Source of the DNA: Marsupella aquatica
Lineage: Eukaryota; Plantae; Marchantiophyta
Length of the DNA: 64,000 bases
Assembly: GCA_973895155.1 (NCBI GenBank)
Contig: OZ316898.1
Location: 13,233,659-13,297,658, forward strand
Reading direction: 5' to 3'
Shown: one piece after another, positions 23,708 through 33,272 of the stretch
Layout of the letters: each line of letters starts with the position of its first letter
How positions within the stretch are numbered: position 1 is the stretch's first letter
Made by a program: the position numbers and the translations under genes
Notes under the pieces: model-generated
Told to the model about the DNA's origin: nothing
The model's database searches: none
The model's input: only the letters and a program-made list of their open reading frames with translations

Positions 23708-26700
23708 ATGGCAGCCTGTTATGAGTCGGATGATTATTCGGATGGTATTTCGGATGATGTTTCCTTCCCGGACTGTCCTTGTCCTGTTACTTCTCCAGAT
23801 GCTCCTAGCAAAACCACTATTTTGGAGATGCCTCCCCCAACTCCAATGAGTAAGCTGAAAGTCAAGGCTCTTAGTGTACCAAATATGAAGCAAAAATTAT
23901 TTGGTCCTTGTGTGAGTGATCATTCTGAGTCTTCACACTCATCTGAGAGTACAAGTCCCCCTGGCCGTCAAGTATTATCGAATCCTTCTCAAAAGGGGGT
24001 TAATTTGGGGGTGCATTCTGTAGGCCCTCAACATAGTGGAGATGTGAAAAAGAGGACTCATGAATTCATGAAGGCCAGATCTGGAGATGTGCCAAACAGG
24101 CCCAGTCAAACCCTGAAAGTGGATTTTTGTGCACTACGGGAAAGTCGTGGTGTGCAACATGCACCAATGAAAGAGATTGAGTATTCTCGTCCTACATCTT
24201 TCAGATTTCAAGGAGGAGTGAGAGTGGAAACAAGGAGGCCTCTTGGAAATGAGATGAATTCGAACAAGGAGAGGATCAATTTGAGAAGATCTCCAGGGAA
24301 CTTTGATCGTTTGGCTGAGGTTGGAAGCGGATCTAAGTTAGGATACAACAAGGGCAAGAAGAAGATCTTTGAAGAGATTCCAAACAAGAGGGCAAGAGAG
24401 TCAACCCAAGGTGGTTTCTTTGGGGATTCAAATGGAAATCGATCAAACTCACTCCTTTTGAGAGTGAAGGAGGAGCCATTGAGTCCTCGCGGGCGGGTGA
24501 GGAGGGGCTTGTCTGCATACCAACTCGATAAACTTGTGGAGATATCATCTTCAATCGAAGAATCTTCGTCTGAGAGTGAAGGAGAGCATGCAGAGAGACC
24601 TATGATGGCTAAAAAACGACCGTCAAATCTCCGCTTGTGTGAAACAAAGATGACAGATGAGGATATCAAGAAGACAAATCATAAGTACTGTTGTCAACGT
24701 CATTGTCTCCTGAGTCTTTCACCAAAACAAATTCGTGAAGCACGCTCAAAGTTTTTGAGGGAAAAATCTCAGGATCGATCTTTATCGTTGTAGTGGCTCG
24801 TCAAGCAAGACGGAAATGAAGAGGGGAGGTCCAATGTCACATACATGATTGGACAAAGAGACGTGTGTCGAAAAGCTTTCAAGATGGTCTTTTGTGTAGG
24901 AAATGAAAGATTGAATAGGATCAAGAAGCTAGGAAATCAAGATCTTGCTTATCCTAGACCGGTTGGTCGACCTCAATCTGTGAGAACATTAGTGTTGAGT
25001 TCTTGGTTGAAGTCATTTTTTGAGACTCGTGTGGAGACTCTACCAAATAAAGATGTTTCACATTTGCCTGATAATTATTCCAAGCTAGAAGTTTGGAAAA
25101 TATATGATTCAAGCTATGTGATCACTGACGAGTCATCCAAAATATCATATCGGCAATTTTTGAAAGTATGGTCACAAGACTTTGGGCACGTGAAGATTCC
25201 TCTTGTGAATCGTTTTAGTGCTTGTGCGGACTGTGAAGAATTCAAAACCATTCGAGACAAAGGAGTCTCCGAAACTGAAAAACGTAAGTCATTTTTATTT
25301 TGTTGTTTTGAACATGTCTTTGTATTAGATAATTGTCAGGAAATCAATTGAGGAATGGCTAAACATTAGGAATGAATTTCAAGTTAACAACTTTGCTCGA
25401 CCATTTTTGGATTGATTGCAGGGAGAGGAGAAATAATGTTACAAAAACATCGAGAGCAACAATCAAAAGAGCGGGAAAAACTGGCAAAGCATCGAAAGAA
25501 GTGTTTCACAAACCCAGAAAAATATTTGGGAGTTGTGATTGATGGAATGGATCAAAAAAAGACTAGATTACCCCATTGGCCACGTCCTCCAAAATCCGTC
25601 GATGAGTCCTGCTTAATCCAAATGCATGTGGTTGGTTGTCTTCTTTTCCACGGAGCACTATTTTCTAGGGTTTTCCTTAATTATCCAATTCTCCATAATG
25701 ATGGAAATCTTACCATTACTATTTTACAAAGAGTATTCCTAGAATATCAAGAGAAGTATGGGGGCCTTCCACCTGTTTTTTACCTTCAGCTTGACAATAC
25801 AAGTAGGGAAAACAAAAACAATTTACTTTTCACATATCTTCACATGCTGGTACAAAAAAAGGTATTTCGAAAAATCAAACTTGGATTCCTCTTAGTTGGA
25901 CATACCCATGATCAAATAGATCAGATGTTCAGTAGGTTTTCAAAAAGGCTTGGAAGATTTAAGGCCTTTACCTATGATAGTTTATGTAAGATTATTCGAG
26001 AGTCTTACCAACCTCACCCTGAAATTACCCTTTTAAATGAGACATACGATTTCCGAAAATTTGCTTTCTCAGAGCCTGCTATGATCAGAGAAAGGATACG
26101 AAATGTTACGTTCCATCACCAGTACAAAATTTCTTTTGCTTGTGAAGATGATCAAGTTCCAACACAATGGGGGAAGAAATTTTCCACCGACACTATTTGG
26201 AAACCAGAAGGAGGTGTTAAATTGTTGAAAGAAGACTTGCCACTAAAGGTGATTGGTTGCTCGGATGGGATGCCACTTGTGAAGAAAGGAGACAAGAAAC
26301 AAGATGAAGGAAGGGTTGGAAATCAAGCTCACATATCATCTTCGGGAAAAATGACCCTGTCCGAAATGGATGATTGTTTGAATGAAATTCAAAAAGGTAT
26401 ATTTGCAGCTCAGATATTATTCTCTGAAGAAGAAGTTGTTTGGTGGACTTCTTTTTTTGAGGAACAAAGAGAATTCAATCAATCTCTCTTGCTTGAAGAA
26501 AGACCTTTGATCTCTCCATTTGAATGGCCCAAGGCGCAAGGGGATACAAATGTTGAAGCTGATCTTGGAGCTGAACCTCTTACAACTATATTGAATGAGG
26601 AAGAAATTGAAGAGAGAGTGTACGGTCCAACTAGAGATATTTATGTTGGTCCATATCGAAATCAAGAAAAGATTGATGCAGAGAAGGAGAATATGGAAGG

Positions 26701-27169
26701 TGATTTTTCGGATTTGGAAATCAACACATTTATTTCTGTGGCCGGAGAAAAGTCTCAATTATTTTGGGTGGCTAAAGTGGAAAAAATTGTTCTTCGCGAT
26801 GAGGCTCACATCCCAAAGATTATCTCAGTTTTGTGGCATGCAGCAAAGAAAGGATCTGACCCTTGGAAAGGAAAATATCTGCCAGAAGTATTGAGTTACG
26901 AGAAGAAAAAAAGTGGACGAGGCAAGGGAACCTTGAAACCAGTTTGGTTTCATCAAGACCTTGATCTGTCTTCAACTACGGTGTTTGCATATAATTTTAT
27001 GCTAACAAGGTCTGATACTCTTTACAAGAAAACAATAGATCGTATTAAAATCCGACTCTCAGAATTTCTCAAGGAGGAGAAAGACCAAGAAGGTGAAGGT
27101 AGCATAGTAAGAAATTATCAAGAAGAAACTTCAATGGAAGTTACTCTAGAAATGAATGGTAGGAATTGA
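23708..27169 (+). pseudogene. DDD-type transposase (Sola1-related; resembles the family I recall as DUF7869), about 1107 aa, one premature TAG
   Basis: Exons 23708-25283 and 25422-27169 (phase-1 intron). In-frame TAG at 24791-24793. Cys motifs KYCCQRHC, VCRKAF, FSACADC. Catalytic-type motifs VIDGMDQKK, YLQLDNTSRENKNN and FLLVGHTHDQIDQMFS. Confidence 0.85.
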
Positions 27170-28151
27170 GATTTACCAATCTTTGGCGATTTTGTCAAAC
27201 ATTAGTATTTGCAATTTATTATTATTTGAGTTCCTGGCAAACCATAAATGTTGTGAATGATGAATTCATGAATCATATTGAAAGAAGTTTGGCATTTTGA
27301 GAATGTCCCTAGTGTGAGTGGTCTTGTTTGGGAATTTCAAAAAACAAAATATCAACTAAAAGAGTTACCTTGTAGAATCTCATATATTTTGAAGTGCTTT
27401 ATAAATTCATCATTCCCTTATTGTGAAGAATAGTTTTACTTAGCAAATGAGCCAGAGGATCCAACAAATTGCAAAATCCTTAGGAAATCTTGCCCATCTT
27501 TTAAAAACTTTACATACGTGGGATTTCAATGAAGTTTAGGGTGGTATTTCAGGGGTGAATGTGTTATTGAGCCAATTGAAGGTGTGCAAGTACAAATTGC
27601 AACTTTGAAATATGTGTTATTTAATAATTAAATGTTTCCCACAACCAGTTTTGTGATTTTGAATAGTCAAAATGATAGCCTATATTGTGCTTTTTGGCAA
27701 GTTTTGAGTTCTTGTAAAAAAAAGAGCTTGTTTTTAGATGCATTTTTTGCCTTTTTCCATATTTTTAAGGTTTTTTATCAATAGTTCTTATAGATTGGGC
27801 TTATTACCCATCCTTTAAGGCTTCGTGTTTTAGTATTTCCTAGTTATCCAAGTTCGCAATGGGTTCGCACTTTCATGGGAACACGACTTTCAATCAATGT
27901 TTTGCAAGGGATTTCTCTTGGCAGTGGACCCAATGTGGAAGGCAAATGTTTTTTATAAGATCCATGCAAGTATATAGGTGGATATACCAAAATGTTAGGG
28001 CTTGAATTAAGGAACCCAATACACAAGAGGGGTGGCATATCTGATGCCGGCCAAGTCACCCTACTCAACATATGCTATCCTAGCTAAGCTCCAACACGGC
28101 TAGTCAGTGACATGTATCTCATGAGCCCGGTCATGAGATTCTACAAGCTAA

Positions 28152-30198
28152 CTAAAATGGACTCTTCCGACCCCGCTTTGTCGGCTTCTTTGCCGGCTTC
28201 TTGCCCTTATCCTTCTGTGGATGTACAGCCTGGTGCTGACGGGTGCGCGGTGCCTTTCGGCGCTGCTGCTGCTCCTCCTCCTCCACCTGCCCATCCTCCC
28301 CCTCGTCACCTCCCTCCTGCTCCCCCTCATCATCAACCTGTCTTGATGATGCACGACTACTACCACTACCGCGATGGGATGAACCTACCTCCCGGCTACT
28401 GCCCCTCTCCCTAGAACCGCTGGTAAGAGGAGTAGCCCCCTCATCCTCATCATCACTACTACTTGCGTCAGCACCCGACCCCTCAGGCTCATCCGAATCC
28501 TGCATCCGTACACTTAATCAGTTTCTACAAATTAAAAAGGGTCATCCACAATGTTGGCATCACAATTAATTAAACCTTGAACACCTAGATACTTACAGTA
28601 GCCAACTCGGCATCCACCATCTGAAAGAGGTACTTTCTCCCATGCTCCATCCCTATCTCAATATGTTTCTTGGATATCTTCCTCTTATATTTCCGGTACT
28701 GCCATGCACCATAAAACCAAAAAGTAAACCCATAGGCTAAACCAAAATTCACAATAAGAGAGGCCTTAGGCCTAGAAAAGTTAAACTACTTTGAAAACAA
28801 CTCAAATTCACATTTGCGAAGCTAATGCGTTCACAAAATGCGAAGCCCTAATTTTTGCGAAGGCATTGCGATGGCTTTTGCGATGCGCGTACCTTCGCAA
28901 CAGCATCAGAAAATCCAAAAAGAAAAAAGTGCATAATAGAGTTTGCGAGGCTCTTGCGAACGAATACGCATCGCAATGGGATCGCAAACTGTGATCCCGA
29001 GAGGTTTTTAAAAATGCGCAAATTTCTAAGTGTCAGTCGTGACCTAAAACAATGCACAAGCAAGCACATGAGAGCATGGACATTCATGACATTCCATTCA
29101 CTTGCATTACCTCAACTGAGAAAGTAAGGAGGAAAGAGCTTAGGGAGGAGAGGAGACACTCACAAAGTGGGCCTTGAGACCGGGGAGCCCGCCTTGACCC
29201 AGCTTGTGGACTGGATTGGGGGTGGCTTTCACTCGCTTGGCTGCATCCATGAAACGTTTGGGTGGTCTTCCTTCTTCGTCGACCACCTTTTGTACATCAG
29301 CTACCTTCTGCTCGAGTCCCTTCAGGTCATGGTCAAGGGGGAGCTTCCCGGTCTCCTTTGCTTTCAGGGATCGAGCTAGTGTATCCTTCCATTGTTCCAA
29401 CTCGCGAGCTGCTTTGATTTGCACCTCAATCTTGTAAAATGCATTCCAGATGTCCTCAGTGAATTGGAGGGGCCTGCGCAAATTCCTGTACGATCTCAAG
29501 TCTCTCAGGTGGGCTCTAATCTTCATCCTATCATGGTATCTCATTTGAGACATGGAATTATAAATCTTGTCTGCCAGCCATTGCTCATCTATGTCAGCTC
29601 CATTCCGAAATGCATCCTTGATCTGATTCATCACTCTCTTTCGCTCTGCCTTCTCAACCTTTCCCCATTGCATGCCTCGTGAGAAATTGCTTGTGATGAT
29701 CTGTTTGATGGTGCTCTTAGCCCCTGCATAGGCTAGCTCAGTTGGAGTCCCAGTTGTCTCCAAGGCAATGAATGGAAGCTTTTTCCTTGCATCCTCTTTC
29801 TGACATTGCTCATTTCGTTGTTTTCGAATTGCATCCCTCTCCTCTCTTCTCTTCTGTTTTTCTATGGCTTGAGGAGAGGCAACTCCCGACTTAGCCCTCT
29901 CCTCCCTCTTCCTTCTTTTCTCTCTAGCCTTCTCCTCAGCTGCGACCCTCTCTTCCTCGTCTCTAGTAGCTTGCCCTGCCACAATTCCTGTTTGCAAAAC
30001 CTGGCCTAAAATGGCACTCAAGGAGGCAAGCCCTGCTGGAGTATTCAAATTTACTTCACCCAACTGTGCAGCACTGAGATGTTGGGCTACTAAGTCGCTC
30101 CATGCATTCTGTTGCTTCTCCTGATTTGCCCCATTGCCACTACCACCAGCACCATGTCCTCCACTCCCACCGTGCTCTCCACTCCCACCGGTAGCCAT
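28152..30198 (-). CDS. CACTA accessory (TnpA/Transposase_24-like) protein, 3 exons, about 494 aa
   Basis: Exons 30198-29164, 28698-28597, 28499-28152, all phase 0; the last acceptor is less certain. WGKVEKAERKRVMNQIKDAF, RPLQFTEDIWNAF and HKLGQGGL resemble TnpA-type proteins. Acidic/basic tail. Confidence 0.65.
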
Positions 30199-30619
30199 AG
30201 CTCAATCCCTCTCAGGTCTCTCTCGATCTTCTCCCCGCGGCCCCTTCTCCTCTCGCTCTCCCGATCAAACAAGGAATGAGCTTGATGCGAGCTCCCGCCG
30301 ACACTTACGCATTTCAAAAAAACCTCTTTGCGATCACATTCGCATCACAAACTGCCACCCTATTACCTTCGCAAATGGTCTCGCAACTTGCGATACTTTT
30401 GTGAAGAATATACCCTCAGCCTCTGTATTTGCGAAGATGTTGCGAACCCGGGAGGTTCGCAAAATGCATCTCTAATTTGTGAAACAATTTGCGAGGCAGG
30501 TGATCTCGGTTTAGGGTGGGAAACTATCCCAGGTGTTTAAACGGCTTTACAAGGGTATGGCCTATTTAAACCCTTTTAACTCAACATGGATTTGTGAATG
30601 GCCAATTAGTTTGAAGAAG

Positions 30620-31490
30620 AGGATTTTAGGTTGTAGTTGGGCTTTGTGTTTTTGTTTTTGAATCTTAATTGGGTTCTAATTTAACAAAGGGTTTGAGTTT
30701 TAATTTGGGGTTTGGATTTAGAAAGGGTTTAGTTTAGGGAGGGTTGTGTTTCAATTGAAGGGGTTAATTTGGGTTTAGGTTTTAATGTAAGGGTTGGGTT
30801 TGACTTTTCACTGATTTCATATTTTTTGCTCTATACATATTTCAGTTTAGGGACATGGTTTTAATAGAGGGCTTTAAGTTAGGGTCTAAGGTAGGGGTAA
30901 GGTTGTAATTGAGAAGTTTGGGTTAGGGTTTAGGGTAGGGGCTTGATTTTGGTTTAAGTTTAGGGGTTTGGGTTAGGTTTAGGGTAGGGGCTTGATTTTG
31001 GTTTAAGTTTAGGGGTTTGGGTTAGGTTTTAAGTATAGGGGTTGGGTTCCATTTTAATTCTAAGTTGTGTTTCATTTTTAATTGTGGGGTTTGGGTTAGG
31101 ATTTTTGGGTAAGGGTTTGATACGTAATGAGGGAATATGGATAGGTAACTTAGGATGGAGTTTGAGTTAGGGTTTAAGGTAGGGGTTTGAGTAAGGCTTT
31201 AGCTGAGGGGTTTGGGTTAGGTATTGAATATAGGGGATCGATGGGTTCAATTATAATTCAGGCTTATGTTTAATTTTTAATTTAGGGATTTGGGTTAGGG
31301 TTTAGGGTAAAGGCTTCATAGGTAATGAGGGAGTTTGGGTTGTGGTTTTAGATGGGGTTTGAGTTAGGTTTTAGCTGAGGGATTTGGGTTAGGGTTTGAA
31401 TGTAGCAGTTGGGTTTTTAGCGTAGGGGTTTTGGTTAGCTAGGGCTTTGGGTAAGGGTTTTATATGTTCATGTTTAGGGTAGGTTTTTTT
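30620..31490 (+). repeat. Degenerate telomere-like (TTTAGGG/TTTGGG) G-rich tract between the divergent CACTA genes
   Basis: Many ttagggttt/tttgggtt units, plus an internal duplication of about 49 bp at 30920-31030. Confidence 0.8.
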
Positions 31491-31923
31491 TCTAATTGAG
31501 GGTATGCTTTCTTTATTTCATTAACATGAAGGGGTGGAACACTCTAGGAGTTACAGGGCACTTCCCCATCGTTTTGAGAGTTTTGGCTAATGCATATGCA
31601 TTGCGAGAGCTCGGGCATCTGAAAGGTAAAGCTTGTTTTCCTGGCATTTTTTATTTGTACTGTAACTTGAGGGTCTATCATCCCTTTCTATAGTTTACCA
31701 TAAGTCATTGCTTAATTCATTGTATATTTGCAGATTTCTCCCTCCTACTTCCAGATTGGGTTCATCAAGTTTGGACCAAAAGACCTATAGGCATTGCTGA
31801 GCCCGGGTCTCATAAAGGTATTTTTTCCTTTCATTTCAGTTTAATATGTCTACTTAGGGATTACAAATGATCGTTTTAGCTATTTGTTTACTAACTTGCT
31901 ATTCCAAATCTTCCACTTGCCAG

Positions 31924-33076
31924 ATGTCTTCATCCTCTACAACTTCCACCACATCAGACTCCTCCTCTGATGAGGACATAGATCCTCCTCCTCAGCCTGA
32001 AACAGCCGCTCGTCGACCTAGTGGTCCACCACGCCAACTTTGCAGTTGTAAAAAATGTGTGGGGATGGTTGTCCAGAAGTCATATGTATGTGCAGACCAT
32101 ATTTCTCGATATGGACAACATCGAGGTCTAACACCCGGAGCCTCTTCATCCCATACGGTGAGTTGTAAACTTACTATGGTTTATTTTTTATTCAATAAAT
32201 ATTGCTAGCATGATAAGTTGGGGAAGTTTACAATCACTTTGTTGGATTTGTTCCCTATAGGTATCTAATAGGCCTACACCCACGGCACCAGCACCCTATG
32301 TTCCCTCACAAGGAGTTCTAGATGCTATAGGCTCGGCCCTTTCACAAGCTTTCCGTTTAGTTGCAGCAGAGCGAAGTGGTGTTGGGACAGTTCAGGGTGA
32401 TGGTATTGTTACACGAGGGAAAAAAAGGTCTAAAAGGCAACCTAGAGGGGAAGTTGATCAGTACACCTGTAGGGTTGATGGTAGGTGGGGACCTTGTACA
32501 TTCACAGGGAAATGTGTTCCTATCATAAAGGATTGGAATCCTGATTGCCTTGGTTTGCCATGTGATATAACCTATGGTGAGGAAATAGAGGTTTGGGGAA
32601 GACATTGGATTGTCAAAAGTTCTACACTAGGGGAGAGACATGGGTATGGAATTTTTTCTTGCCAGGACATCATTGTGGATGATATGGGTGGAAAAGGGCG
32701 CTCTCAAGATGGACCAACGTTGTTCCCATATGGTGGACCCATTTACAAGCGAAGACATTGGAACATGCTCCTTGTACAACACCCTGAGTGGAAGACTTAT
32801 GCATTGGACATGGATACTTTTGATGGTTTCACTAGGAAGTATAGTGAACAACGTATAATTGATGGTGATCCCATCCGTAGTGGAAATATAGCCGGTTTCA
32901 TTAACAGTACTGTGGGGACCCGGCCTAAGCGTAGGAAAAACTGTGAATGGGTTTTTGTTGATGGTCCCCCTCTAGCACCATATGGGCAGAGATATCATCA
33001 TGACCATTGTCTAGTTGTAGCTACTAGGACCATCAAGGCCGGAGAGGAGTTGTTTACACATTATGAGTGGGATTAG
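31924..33076 (+). CDS. SET-domain protein with N-terminal CACTA transposase-associated Cys/His domain, 2 exons, 349 aa, intact
   Basis: Exon 31924-32157 (CSCKKC...VCADHISRYG; GTGAGT donor) splices in phase 0 to 32261-33076. SET motifs HGYGIFSCQDI, FPYGG, IIDG...GNIAGFINS...NCEW and VVATRTIKAGEELFTHY. Confidence 0.85.
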
Positions 33077-33272
33077 GCTTATTTTAGGGATATGTATTAT
33101 TTATATGTTCCTTCATGCTTTGTGAACATATATTTTGTAAGTTAGGGTTTACACCCTAAACCTATGATGTTCTTTCACATTGTATGTTAATAATATGTGT
33201 CGATATTGTTTTTGTCTTATGAGGGATTTAATTTGGAGTTTGATTGTGAATGCTTTATTGTATTATCCATAG

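Larger units (their letters stand above)
18341..27829. mobile_element. Nested TIR DNA transposon with Sola1-like DDD transposase and a ParB-like/DNA amino-methyltransferase cargo gene
   Basis: 24-bp TIR: AACACAAAGCCTTAAAGGATGGGT at 18341-18364 vs 27806-27829, 23/24 match. 4-bp direct repeat TTAG at 18337-18340 and 27830-27833. Alternative boundary 18356-27814 with TTAA TSD. Two divergent genes inside. Confidence 0.85.

Noticed and set aside
28116-28138. tctcatgagcccggtcatgaga hairpin resembling the TCATGA pair
   Set aside because: It has different spacing and lies outside the nested element, so it is not counted as the same motif.
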